Numbered from the stretch's first letter, positions 31,986 to 42,333 are shown. The stretch is 64,000 nucleotides of DNA from Alphaproteobacteria bacterium (GCA_965261735.1 OZ253470.1:2912001-2976000), one strand, 5' to 3'. Notes: generated by a model from the sequence alone, not told the origin. Translations and numbers: made by a program.

Positions 31986-32361
31986 GACCGACCGGCTCCT
32001 GGCGCGGCGGCCGACAAACGTGGTGCTGGTCGCCATGGCCAATAAGACAGCCCGTGTCGCCTGGGCACTGCTCAGGTACGAGCGTATCTACCGACCGACG
32101 CCGGCATAGCCAGCTGGCAAACCGGGATCAAATTGCGAGGGTGACGACGATTTGATGGCGAAACAGGGTTCCACCCGAGATCGGCCAAACCCGAGGCATT
32201 GTCCGAGCATCAAGCTCGTTAGTCTGACTGGGCGTCGATCTTTCGGATTCCATCAGGGCCAGCGGTCAGCGTACCGCAGCGAAAAGGCCGGATACATGAC
32301 TGCAAGCTCTACCGCCGATTCAAATCAGTTTTCCCCTTGCAACACCGGGGGCGTCCATACA
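31984..32361 (+). repeat. 378-bp tandem duplication of the IS1111 3' end (copy of 31606-31983)
   Basis: Identical by eye, including the transposase tail, the non-coding end and the right IR. Confidence 0.9.
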
Positions 32362-32390
32362 TGACAGTGCCCCCGCGTTCTTAGTCACGG

Positions 32391-32487
32391 TGTGGGTAAG
32401 AATGTGGGTAGGAAAGAATCTTCTACCGAAAAATATGCTTGTTATCAATACTTTATGTTGTTTCTTTGGTGGACCGTGGCTCCACCA
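32391..32487. other. Tyrosine-integrase att-like site
   Basis: TGTGGGTA x2 arm-like repeats, IHF box tATCAAtactTTA, core TGGTGGA-N7-TCCACCA ending like tmRNA/tRNA-Ala. Confidence 0.55.
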
Positions 32488-32761
32488 TTGCTTTAGAAGG
32501 GGTTAGGCTGATACGGCTTAACCCCTCGTCGTTTCGGCCGACCACAAAGTGACCACGCGAACGAAGCCAAGGGGTGGCCGAAGTCTGCCCGTTGCGTCTC
32601 GAAGGCCTGGCTCAACGCGTTCACGCACATGGCCTCGCGCAGGCTCAAGGAAACCGGAATCCACGTGAACGCGTTGAGCGATGACGGACCGTCCGGCGGA
32701 TTTCTTTCGCGATGGTGATGCGATCTTCTGGTAGGCGGGCGTTCATCCATAGGGGTGCATC

Positions 32762-33388
32762 ATGAAGATTGGCGTTATTGGTTCAGGCAACATCGGTGGC
32801 ACGCTCGCGAGCCTCTTGCTCAAGGCCGGACACGAGGTGGTGATCGCGAACTCTCGCGGGCCCGAGAGCCTCAGCGAGCTGGTCGCGAAACTCGGTCGCG
32901 GAGCCTCCGCCGCATCGGTCGAGGAGGCCGCGTCCTCAGGCGACGTCGTCATCGAGGCCATTCCCTTCAGCAAGCTAGACACGCTTCCCCGCGCGGAGCT
33001 CGAGGGCAAGGTGCTGGTCACCGCCTCCAACTACATCCCGCGACGCGATGGCGAGCTCGACCTCGGCGGGCTCACGCAGAGCGAGTACCTCCACCGCCTC
33101 GTGCCCAAGACCCCTATCGCCAAGGTCTTCAACACCATCTACTGGGAGCACCTGCTCGCCGAGGGCAGCACCAGCAAGGCGCTGGCGGAGCGACGCGTGC
33201 TGCCGTTCGCGGCCTCGGATGCGCAGGCGGAATCCGTTGGCCGGCAGCTCATCGAGGAACTCGGATTCGGACCCCTCTTCTTGGGCGACCTCGCCGGGGT
33301 GCGCGGGCTCAGCGAGCCTGGTGATCCCCTCTACAACAAGCAGCTCACGCTGGCGCAAGCCCAGAGCATGATCACCGCCCAGAGCTGA
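32762..33388 (+). CDS. NADPH-dependent F420 reductase-like oxidoreductase
   Basis: KIGVIGSGNIG, ANSRGPE, ASNY.P.RDG, KVFNTI. Confidence 0.9.
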   Translation: MKIGVIGSGNIGGTLASLLLKAGHEVVIANSRGPESLSELVAKLGRGASAASVEEAASSGDVVIEAIPFSKLDTLPRAELEGKVLVTASNYIPRRDGELDLGGLTQSEYLHRLVPKTPIAKVFNTIYWEHLLAEGSTSKALAERRVLPFAASDAQAESVGRQLIEELGFGPLFLGDLAGVRGLSEPGDPLYNKQLTLAQAQSMITAQS

Positions 33389-33405
33389 CAGAGCCCCGGC
33401 CGGGA

Positions 33406-35289
33406 CTACGTCCCTCCGAGACGGGTCTTCTCCGCGCCGAGGCCGGCGGGTGCATCGTCGAACGACGCATAGTTGTAGGCGCACAACGTGGCATAGAGAC
33501 CGCCCTCCGCGATCAGCACGTCGTGGGGGCCGCTTTCGACGATGCGGCCGTCCTGCAGCACGATGATTCGGTCGGCGCCGCGTACGGTCGCGAGGCGGTG
33601 GGCGATAACGATTCCCGTGCGCCCCCCGAGCAGGCGCTTCAGTCCGATCTGGATCTTGCGTTCGGTATAGCTGTCGACGCTCGCGGTCGCCTCATCGAGG
33701 ATCAATATCTTCGCGTCGGCGACCAGCGCGCGGGCAAAACTGAGCAGCTGGCGTTGGCCGAGCGACAGGTTGCGGCCTAGCTCCACGAGTACCGTGTCGT
33801 AGCCGTCGGGCAATCGCACGATGAAGTCATGGGCGCCGACCACGCGGGCCGCGTTCTCGATGTCGTCGCGCGTCGCGCCCGCCTTATTGAACCGGATATT
33901 CTCGTAAATCGTGCCGGTGAAGAGATAGGGATCCTGCAAGACCATCGATACGTGGCGCGCCAACGACGCCTTGGCGTAATCGCGCACGTCCCGGCCGTCG
34001 ATCAGGATGGCGCCGTCCCACACCTCGTAGAAGCGGTGTAGCAGGGCGGCGATGCTCGTCTTGCCGGAGCCGGTCGGGCCGACCAAGGCGACCGTCTCGC
34101 CCGGGCTGACCGTGAAACTCAGGTCGTGGAGGACGGGGCGGGCCGCTTCGTAGCCGAACGTCACGGTACGAAATTCGATCCTACCCTCGATCTCGTCCGG
34201 ATCCGCCGCGCCGGGTCGGTCGGTGATGGCGAGCGGTACGTCGAGCACCTCGAATATCCGCTGACCTGATGCCATGGCCCGCTGCATGACGCTGTACTGG
34301 GTGGTGAGCGAGCGAATCGGGTCGAAAAAGCGCTGGACGTAGAACACGAACGCGACGATCACGCCGATGTCGAGCGCATCGTCAAGAACTAGCGTGCCGC
34401 CAAGGACGATGACGATCGCGAGGGCCACGCCGGTCAAGGTATCGACGATCGGCACCATGGTCTGGCCGAGCTTGGCTGCCCGCAAATGCGCCTTCAAGTT
34501 CAGCCGCGCCTTTTCGTCGAACAAGCCGGCGTTGACCGTTTCGCGGCGCATCGCCTGAACCGTGCGCACGGCACGAATGCCTTCGGCCAGCGCCCCGTTG
34601 ACGACCGAATTGGTTTCCCGGGCAAGGCGGAAGGCGCGCCGTGCCTGGGGCAACCAGACGATGCGCACGAGAAACAGCGTCGGCACGATGCCGAGCGTGA
34701 GCAACCCGAGCTCGAAGTTGAGCGCGAGCATGATCACGACGATGCCGAGTAGCAGCACGAGGTCGCCGATTGCCGTGATCGAATTGTCGAGGAATTCCTG
34801 CAGTGCGTTCACGTCGCCTTGCAGGCGCGACATCATACGGCCGACCTCCGTCCGATCCATGAAGGACAGGGCAACGTCCTGGAGGTGCGCGAACATCGCT
34901 CGCCGGAGATCGAAGATCACGCGCTCGCCGGTCCATCCCACGAGCCAGTCCTGTAGCCAGCTGGCGGCGTAATTGATCGTGATCACGGCCGCGAAAACGG
35001 CGATCGCAATCGACAGGAGCGCCGCGTCTCCGCCGCCGGCCATGATGGCCTCGTCGATCGCGCGGCGCACGATCAACGGAATCGCGAGCTGACTCCCGGT
35101 GAAGGTGAGCACGGCCAGGACGGCGATCACGACCGCCCGGCGATAGCCCTGGATGTAGGACATGAAGCGGCGCACCACCTTGCGGTCGAAGGCGGCGCCA
35201 AACATCTCCTCGTCGCGGCTGATCTGTGAGCCGACAACGGCGCGCAGCTTGCGGGTAGTGCTCGCCTGAGCGGGATCGGCCGCAGTCAT
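33406..35289 (-). CDS. ABC exporter, fused permease/ATPase (heterodimer subunit B)
   Basis: TM domain, GPTGSGKT, LSLGQRQ, ILDEAT. Confidence 0.95.
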   Translation of the reverse strand: MTAADPAQASTTRKLRAVVGSQISRDEEMFGAAFDRKVVRRFMSYIQGYRRAVVIAVLAVLTFTGSQLAIPLIVRRAIDEAIMAGGGDAALLSIAIAVFAAVITINYAASWLQDWLVGWTGERVIFDLRRAMFAHLQDVALSFMDRTEVGRMMSRLQGDVNALQEFLDNSITAIGDLVLLLGIVVIMLALNFELGLLTLGIVPTLFLVRIVWLPQARRAFRLARETNSVVNGALAEGIRAVRTVQAMRRETVNAGLFDEKARLNLKAHLRAAKLGQTMVPIVDTLTGVALAIVIVLGGTLVLDDALDIGVIVAFVFYVQRFFDPIRSLTTQYSVMQRAMASGQRIFEVLDVPLAITDRPGAADPDEIEGRIEFRTVTFGYEAARPVLHDLSFTVSPGETVALVGPTGSGKTSIAALLHRFYEVWDGAILIDGRDVRDYAKASLARHVSMVLQDPYLFTGTIYENIRFNKAGATRDDIENAARVVGAHDFIVRLPDGYDTVLVELGRNLSLGQRQLLSFARALVADAKILILDEATASVDSYTERKIQIGLKRLLGGRTGIVIAHRLATVRGADRIIVLQDGRIVESGPHDVLIAEGGLYATLCAYNYASFDDAPAGLGAEKTRLGGT

Positions 35290-37118
35290 TCGCCGGCCTC
35301 CGGCGCGGCGCTCTGCGATTCGGCTCGGCTCTGAAGAGCCTGAAGCGCGGCGTACTTGCCGCCGCTCGCGATCAACGACTCGTGCGTGCCGCGTTCGATC
35401 ACCGCGCCGTCCTCGATGAAGAGGATCTCGTCCGCGTGCTTCAGCGTGCTCAGGCGATGAGACACGATGATCGTCGCCCGCGAGCCCGCATCGGCCATCA
35501 GGGCCTGATGGATGAGCCACTCGGTCCCGGCGTCGATCGACGCCGTAGCATCATCGAGAAGGAGGATGGCAGACCGCAACAGCGCGGCGCGCGCTATGGT
35601 CACCCGCTGTTTCTGGCCGCCCGACAGCGAGACGCCGCGTTCGCCGACCAAGGTTGCGTACCGATCCGGTAGGGCATCGACAAATTCGCCGATCTGCGCG
35701 CTCGAGGCGGCATCGCGAATGTCGTCCTCCTCGGACCAGGGATCTCCGTAGGCAATATTGTTTTCGATGGAGGACGTGAACAGAAAGGGGTCCTGCTGCA
35801 CCACGCAGACGGCGTCACGCAAGGAATCGGTGGTGACGTCACGGATGTCCTGGTTATCGATCGTGATGCGGCCGCCGGTCACGTCGTAGTGGCGCGGCAG
35901 CAGTTGGGCGATGGTCGATTTGCCGCTTCCGGGCGGGCCCACGATTCCCAGGGTCTTGCCACGCTCGACGGTAAACGCGACATGGCTAAGGACAGGGTGG
36001 TCGGCGTCTCCGCCGTAGCCGAAGGACACGTCCTCGAACCTTACTGAGCCGTCGCCGATCTCGAGCGCCGCGGCGCCCTCCGAATCCCGGATGGCAGGCT
36101 CGAGGTCGAGCACGCTGAACAACCGACCGCCGCAGGTCGAGGCGCGGGCGAAGGCATTGACCACCATGCCGATCTGGCGCACCGGCTGTTGCAGGATGGT
36201 CATGAAGGCGAGGAACTCGGTGAGCGTCCCGACGGTCATCCCGCCATTCAGCACGCGCAGGCTCCCGGCCCACAGCACGAGGCCCATGGCCGTGAAGAAG
36301 GCGAACGTCATCGCGCTGCTCGCCGACGAGCGGACCGCGATGCGCTGGCGCGAGATCGCCAGTGCGTCGTTGGAGGCGTCATCGTACTTGCCGAGTTCGT
36401 GGCCCTCGGCGCCGAAAGCGCGCACCACGCGAATGCCGGTCATGTTCTCGTCCATGATCCGACCCAGCATCGCAAGGCTTTCCTGCAGCCGAAGCCACAG
36501 CCCCCTAAGCCGAAGGCGAACGGTGGCGGACTGCCAGGCGACAAAGGGAACGAAACTCAGGCTCAGGGCGCCGAGCACCACATCGGTCGAAAGCATCAAG
36601 GCGCCTCCCGTCGATATCAGAATGACGAGGAGAACCGAGCGCAGGATGCCCGTGTTGACGAGCATGCGGACGCCCTCGATATCGAGGATGCCGCGCGTGA
36701 CGAGATCGCCGGTGTGCGCCCTGTCGTGAAACGAAAAACTGAGCTGCTGGAGCTTCTCGTAGAACCTCAGCCGTAGGTGATATCCGATAAGGTGGCCGAT
36801 CGACTCGCCGCCATAGTTGTGGACCAGCGTGAACCCGCCCCTGAGGACCGACGCGCCGAACAGGAGGCCGGCCGTGGCCCATAGGGCGTCTCGCGCGGTT
36901 TCGATATCGATCACCGCGTCGTCGAGCGACAGCAGCGCGCTGTCGACGGCATCCCCGAGCAGCCGGGGAATGGTCAGCTGAAACGCGGCCGCAAGAATCG
37001 TGGCGCCGAGGGCGATGGCGATGCGCCATCGGTAGCGCAGGGCGAGGCTCGCAATGCGCCACAGAATCGCAAAGTCGCCGCCCGCCGGGCGGCCCTTGGG
37101 AAGATCCTTAGTCGGCAT
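35286..37118 (-). CDS. ABC exporter, fused permease/ATPase (subunit A, degenerate Walker B)
   Basis: GPPGSGKS, LSGGQKQ, LLDDAT. Confidence 0.95.
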   Translation of the reverse strand: MPTKDLPKGRPAGGDFAILWRIASLALRYRWRIAIALGATILAAAFQLTIPRLLGDAVDSALLSLDDAVIDIETARDALWATAGLLFGASVLRGGFTLVHNYGGESIGHLIGYHLRLRFYEKLQQLSFSFHDRAHTGDLVTRGILDIEGVRMLVNTGILRSVLLVILISTGGALMLSTDVVLGALSLSFVPFVAWQSATVRLRLRGLWLRLQESLAMLGRIMDENMTGIRVVRAFGAEGHELGKYDDASNDALAISRQRIAVRSSASSAMTFAFFTAMGLVLWAGSLRVLNGGMTVGTLTEFLAFMTILQQPVRQIGMVVNAFARASTCGGRLFSVLDLEPAIRDSEGAAALEIGDGSVRFEDVSFGYGGDADHPVLSHVAFTVERGKTLGIVGPPGSGKSTIAQLLPRHYDVTGGRITIDNQDIRDVTTDSLRDAVCVVQQDPFLFTSSIENNIAYGDPWSEEDDIRDAASSAQIGEFVDALPDRYATLVGERGVSLSGGQKQRVTIARAALLRSAILLLDDATASIDAGTEWLIHQALMADAGSRATIIVSHRLSTLKHADEILFIEDGAVIERGTHESLIASGGKYAALQALQSRAESQSAAPEAGE

Positions 37119-37242
37119 CACAGCGGATTATAAGGGGAAGCAAAGGGCATCTGTTGCGGTGCTTGCGCTTCGCGGCAGCGAGAGAGCCTCCGCTCTGTTC
37201 TTGGACTGTGGCCCAATCCGGATCGGTTAAGCTCGCCGGAGC

Positions 37243-38193
37243 ATGCGCGGGCACGAGCAACGACACCATCGAGGGGCGGTTAGCCGGAATACGGTCCTAG
37301 CCGCGTACCTGCTGCTCGGCATCGCCGCCCTCTGCTGGTCCGGCAACACCATCGTCGTGCGCGCGGTCCACGCCGAGATCCCGCCGTTCGGGCTCGCTTT
37401 CTGGCGAAGCATCCTGACGATACTGGTCCTCTTCCCGTTCTTCCTGCCGCGGTGGCGACAGCAGCTTCCCATCCTGCGCGGGCACTGGAAGCTCGTGATC
37501 GTCCTCGGCCTCACCCAGTTCGTCGGCGGGCAAGCGTTCATGTTCCTCGCGCTGCAGACGACGACAGCGGTCAACGCCGGCCTCCTCAACGCCACCGAGC
37601 CGATCATGACGGTGCTCGTTGCTTGGCTGCTTATCGGCGAACGCTTCAACCGCTGGCAGGGTCTGGGCATCATGATGGCTTTGACGGGTGTCGTCATTAT
37701 CGTGCTGCGCGGCGACCTCGAGAGATTGCTGGTCCTTCGATTCGTCCCCGGCGATCTGTGGATCCAGCTTTCGATGTTGAACTGGGCGGTCTACGCCGTG
37801 CTCCTCAAGAAGTGGGCGCCAGCCGGCCTGCATCCTTTCGTGCTGCTTTTCGCGATGTCGATCCCGGCCTGTGTGACGCTCCTGCCGCTCTACGTCGCGG
37901 AGATGACGTTCACCGACAGGATGATCGACCTCAGCTGGGGCACCGCCGCGGTCGTTGCCTACCTGACCTTGTTCGGGACCGTCATCGGCGTCGTCTTCTC
38001 CAACGTCGGCATCGCTCGGATCGGGCCGAGCCGCGCCGCCAGCTTCAACTATCTGATTCCGGTGTTCACGGCCGTGCTCGCGGTCGTGCTGCTGGGCGAG
38101 CGGTTCCAAAACTACCATTTCGGCGCCATCGTCCTTGTGTTCTCGGGCGTGTGGCTCGCCAATCGCGCGCACCGCCGCAAGCCCGCCGTATGA
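37243..38193 (+). CDS. DMT/EamA transporter
   Basis: About 10 TM segments, duplicated EamA pattern (LIGER / LLGER). Confidence 0.9.
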   Translation: MRGHEQRHHRGAVSRNTVLAAYLLLGIAALCWSGNTIVVRAVHAEIPPFGLAFWRSILTILVLFPFFLPRWRQQLPILRGHWKLVIVLGLTQFVGGQAFMFLALQTTTAVNAGLLNATEPIMTVLVAWLLIGERFNRWQGLGIMMALTGVVIIVLRGDLERLLVLRFVPGDLWIQLSMLNWAVYAVLLKKWAPAGLHPFVLLFAMSIPACVTLLPLYVAEMTFTDRMIDLSWGTAAVVAYLTLFGTVIGVVFSNVGIARIGPSRAASFNYLIPVFTAVLAVVLLGERFQNYHFGAIVLVFSGVWLANRAHRRKPAV

Positions 38194-38323
38194 GCCGATC
38201 AAGTGTCGCCGAGAGAGTGTCCAACGGCTACCGGCTCCGTCAAACAGACGTTGCCACATCCGAGGCGCTACTATGGCGGCATCAAATCGTGCAGAGCATG
38301 AATCAATCGCGGGAATCAACACG

Positions 38324-38692
38324 ATGAACGACGTACCGAATCCTACCGAGGTGGTCGAGGCTTATGTCAAGGCGGTGCGCGCGAGCGACCTCAAGGGGCT
38401 GCGTGCGGTGTTCGCGGACGATGCCGAAACCTTCGGCTTGCCGACGGAGTGGATGGAGAGCGGCCACCTCAAGGGGGCCGACACCATCGTTGCCTTTTAC
38501 GGCGAGCTGCTCGAAGACCGCGGCGGCGCCAATCCACATCCTGGCCCCCTGATGGTGGTCGGCGACCGTGTCGCTGTCGAAATCGACGTGCATCACCGCG
38601 ACTACATCGAAGAGGTCTCCGACTTTTTCACGATCAAGAGCGGCAAGATCACCCGCCTCGCGGTCTACTGCGGCCGCAAACGCGCGAAATAG
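38324..38692 (+). CDS. SnoaL/NTF2-like protein
   Basis: VVEAYV.A....DL..L.AVFADDA...G...I.AFY...DFFTIKSGKITRL. Confidence 0.8.
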   Translation: MNDVPNPTEVVEAYVKAVRASDLKGLRAVFADDAETFGLPTEWMESGHLKGADTIVAFYGELLEDRGGANPHPGPLMVVGDRVAVEIDVHHRDYIEEVSDFFTIKSGKITRLAVYCGRKRAK

Positions 38693-38781
38693 GGCGACCG
38701 CCGTCAGGCCAGGATGCGGATCGTGGTTTCCCGATCCCGCCGGCTCGACTACCATCGGAGGCCGAACTGCGGGAGCAAACT

Positions 38782-39468
38782 ATGTCAGGTAGTGCAATGA
38801 AGCAGGGATCGCGCGTGGCCAGCCGTGTCGCGCCACTTCTTTGGGCGGCCGGATTGGCGCTGCTCGCCGGTCTTGTCGGTTCCTCGCCCGCTGACGCGGC
38901 AGGCGTCGAGCCGGTCGGGATCGTCGAATCGATCGAAGGTGAACCCACGGTCATCCGCGCCGACGCCGAAGAGGCCAAGCCGCTTTCGCTTCATGCGCCG
39001 GTCCATCTACAGGACATCGTCGAGACCGACGAAGACTCGCTGGTGGCGATCACGTTCGTCGACGACACCACGATCACCCTCGGTGAAGACACCTCGATCG
39101 AGATCAACGAGTATCTCTACGATGCCGGCGCGGAGAAGCGTTCCGCCCGATTCACGGTCTCGGAAGGCATCATCAAGGTGGCGGTGAGGACGATATTGCC
39201 GGATTCGCAGTTCGAGGTGCAGACCAGCACGACGGTCGCATCCGTGCGAGCGACCGTGTGGGTGAGTGAGACGCGCTCCGACAGAACGGCGCTCGTCGCC
39301 CTCGAGGGCAGCGTTGCCGTGCGCAGCGCCGACCCCGGCATTGCCGGCGAGGTCGTCCTCGAATCGGGCGAGGGCGTCGAGGTCGGAATGGGCCAGGCGC
39401 CGGCTACGAAGGGGCGCTGGCGGCAGGGCCGGATCGCTGAGTTCAAGCGCCGCACCACGATCGAGTGA
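38782..39468 (+). CDS. FecR-domain periplasmic protein
   Basis: Signal peptide; D.VET......ITFVDDT.ITLG..T; T.T.VASVRAT. Confidence 0.8.
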   Translation: MSGSAMKQGSRVASRVAPLLWAAGLALLAGLVGSSPADAAGVEPVGIVESIEGEPTVIRADAEEAKPLSLHAPVHLQDIVETDEDSLVAITFVDDTTITLGEDTSIEINEYLYDAGAEKRSARFTVSEGIIKVAVRTILPDSQFEVQTSTTVASVRATVWVSETRSDRTALVALEGSVAVRSADPGIAGEVVLESGEGVEVGMGQAPATKGRWRQGRIAEFKRRTTIE

Positions 39469-39968
39469 GCGCGGCGAAGGCGTTCGTGCTCAGGTGGTCC
39501 GCGCTCCTTGCGGTCGGGTTCCTGGCTGCGGCCTGCGTCCTGGTCGATGTCGAGGCGGTGCGCCGCATGACCCCCGAGGGGCCGAGCCTCAACGCCGCTC
39601 TACACGCGGCGTATCTCACCCGTGCCGATTCCGAGCTGGCGCGGGGCGATCGGCTCGCGGCCAGCCTGTTCGCCTACAAGGCGCGCGCCGCGGCACGGGG
39701 TGAATACGTGCCGCCGGAAGCCCTTGAGGATTGGAGCCCGGAGCAAGCGAGCCGAAGCCGGCTTGCGATAGCGCGCTCCCGCCTGATGGTCGCACTCGCC
39801 GGAACGCGGCGCTTCAAGGCGCCCGAGGAGGCCGCGCGGGCTCAGGTCACGTTCGACTGTTGGATCGAATCCGAGCGCGAGCGGGCGCCGGCACAAGGGG
39901 CCGGCGACTGTGAGGCCGAGTTTCGCACCGCCCTCGTCGCACTGCGGCGCACACTGGGGGATCGGTGA
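39465..39968 (+). CDS. Lipoprotein resembling the N-terminal domain of alphaproteobacterial OmpA-like lipoproteins
   Basis: Lipobox LAAAC; AARAQVTFDCW.E...C..EF..AL. Confidence 0.65.
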   Translation: MSAAKAFVLRWSALLAVGFLAAACVLVDVEAVRRMTPEGPSLNAALHAAYLTRADSELARGDRLAASLFAYKARAAARGEYVPPEALEDWSPEQASRSRLAIARSRLMVALAGTRRFKAPEEAARAQVTFDCWIESERERAPAQGAGDCEAEFRTALVALRRTLGDR

Positions 39969-39974
39969 GGGCCG

Positions 39975-40391
39975 ATGGGCTGGCTGAAGAGGATCAGCGA
40001 GCTGAGAATCGGCGTCGCGTCGGCGCTGCTGACGACCATCGTCTACCTCATCCTGATCGAGACCGCGCCGCTGCGCATCCTCGAGGGGCAGGCCCTGGAC
40101 CTGCGGTTCCGCCTGCGCGGCGCCCTGGCGCCGGGCGGCGATATCGCCATCGTCCAGATCAACGACCAAAGCATCGCGCAAGAGGGCCGTTGGCCCTGGA
40201 GCCGGCTGAAGTTCGCGGAGGCGGTGCGCTGGCTCGACGAAGCTGGGGCACGCGTCGTGGTCTTCGATCTCCTGTTCGGCGAGCCGCAGGAATCCGTCGC
40301 GGTGGCCTCGCTGAAAAAGATGCGCAAGGCGATGGCTCGCCTCGGCGAGGCCGAGCCCGAAAACCGCGATACCGCACTAGCAGGGTGCTGA
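39975..40391 (+). pseudogene. CHASE2 sensor protein truncated by IS5
   Basis: DLRFRLRG...IAIVQINDQSI...GRWPWSR...VVVFDLLF.EP; cut at CTAG 40377. Confidence 0.85.
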
Positions 40392-41331
40392 AAAAGTCAT
40401 CATTGCCGGGCCTTGAACTCGGATTCATCGCCGAAATGAAATGAGATTTCGTGTCTTAGGGTGAAACCGTCTTCAATCTCGACCGATCCGATGCCCTGGG
40501 CTTCGTCCAGTTCGATGATCTGCCACTTTGCGGTCAGCGGCGTGCCGGTATCGCCCGTCATGTTGGCGCCTCCGCCAGCAGTCTGGGTAGTCGGACGAGG
40601 TTGTAGGCGGCCAAGGCCAGGGTGAACGAAGCGTCGACCCGGTGGCGGCCCCGGAATTTGGTCTTGCTCAATCCCGCGCTCGTCTTGACCCAGCCGAAGA
40701 CCTCCTCGATGCGCTTGCGGCAACGTTGGCTGACGCCGTAACCGGGATGGCGCGTCGTGCGCCCGTCTATCTTGGTCTTGCGCCGCTTGCCGGTCTTGGT
40801 GACGTGGTCCTGGACGGCGATATGGGGGGTCACCTTGCGGTGCCGCAGTTCCTCGACAAAATCCGCGACGTCAAAACCCTTGTCCCCGCCCACCGTGATC
40901 CGACGCCGCCCGCCTCTACTCTCCACCGGGCGATGCCTGTCGATCAGATCAAGGGCGGCTTCGCGTTCCGCCGTGCCCGACGCAATGGTCACGCCGCCGC
41001 CGACTGCCAGACCATGGCGGTTCTCCGTCAGCGCATGGCCCATGTAACACAGCTTGCTTTCCCGGCCATTACCCTTGCGATAAAGCCGGGCGTCCGGATC
41101 AGTGGTGCTTGCATGGGTCGCGTTCGAGCGTTTCTCGCCATGAAAATCCCGCGCGGCGTTGCGCCCCGATCCCCCGTCGCCATCGTCCTCACCTTTGGGA
41201 CGAAAGCTCTTCATCGACGCCCAGGCCTCGATCAATGTTCCGTCTACCGAAAAATGATCCCGGCTCAATAGTCCCCCTACCTTGTGGTGCTGGATAACCC
41301 CCGCAAGCAGCTGCCCCGAAACCTCCGCCTC
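40381..41331 (-). mobile_element. IS5-family element, 3' part only
   Basis: FSVDGTLIEAWASMKSF, TTDPDARL, DKGFD, RKRIEEVFGW; end cagggtgctgaaaaa next to CTAG. Confidence 0.9.
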
Positions 41332-42333
41332 CTTCCGAGCCTCGTCTCCCAGCGGCTCGAGACCGAGCGCGTACCGTATGCTCTCGATCATCGTCGACTT
41401 GCCGGTACCGCGTCCGCCGACCAGGGCATTGAGATTGCCGTTGAAATGGACGGAAGTGTCCCCCAGAAACCCGCCCTCCCACGTCATCGAGAGGAACTCG
41501 GCATGGGGTTCCGGCGGCGGATCGCTGTTCAGTCGGATACGGGACTCAGGGTCGAGGAACGCCTGACGGAACGCTTCGACCGAGACCTCCGACATTTTGA
41601 TGAAGCACGATGCACTGCATTTTTTCCGGTCTTCAGGACTGTTTGCATCCGACGCATTGACGATCGCGACGGCGCGCGGGCGCTTGTGCTCCGCATCCTT
41701 GTTCAGAAGGATCTGTCTGAATCCGTCCGGTGCGTCCTCAACAGGCCCGGGTAGCGCGCAGGCAAGCAGGTGGGGCGACGTCCAAACGTCGATCCGCGTC
41801 TGGCCCTGAAGGGTTCTGAGCAGGCCACCTTTGGACGCCACGTGGGCGGCCACGACTACGGCGCCCCACTCCCTCGACCTTTCCAAGAGCGCGGAAGAGT
41901 CCAAGCTTCCAATTGGCGAGGGACGATCCGGATCGTGGACGCGACACTCTCCTATGAACCTCTCTAGCCTGTCATCCTTGTCGGGGTCGAACAGGCAGAG
42001 AAAGTGAACGCCGTCCTTCGATACGGCCTCGAATCCACCAAACGCCCACAAGCCCGCGTCTCTAGCCGCACGCACCAGAGTCATGGAAGACTGAACGCGG
42101 TAGTGGTCGGTTATGGCCACGACCTCAATACCCTTCGCGAGGCACGCCTCTACGATGGCGTCGTTGTATTCGCCTTCCGATTCGAATGTAGTGTGCTTGT
42201 GATGCCTCTTGAGATACGCGAAGGGATTGATCTGCAGGGCGCAGCGATAGAAACGCGCGCCGTTGGGAAGCTCCAGCGCCGCATGCATGGACTCAGACAT
42301 AAGGGGTGCTAACTCTGTCCCTACGGCAGCCAT
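41332..42333 (-). pseudogene. PHP-domain plus SMC-like ATPase (TrlF/Ppl-like) N-terminal part, fused in frame to the IS5 transposase
   Basis: AITDH, AAHV, NASDA PHP motifs; Walker A GGRGTGKS; the rest of the ATPase is missing. Confidence 0.8.

Noticed and set aside
31984-31995. Guide-directed self-insertion as the cause of the IS1111 duplication
   Set aside because: The sequence after the TG core (gaccgacc) does not match the predicted target guide, and no second left end is present.
31774-32364. Small ORFs MMAKQGSTRD (two copies)
   Set aside because: They lie in the IS non-coding RNA region and its duplicate, so they are probably spurious.
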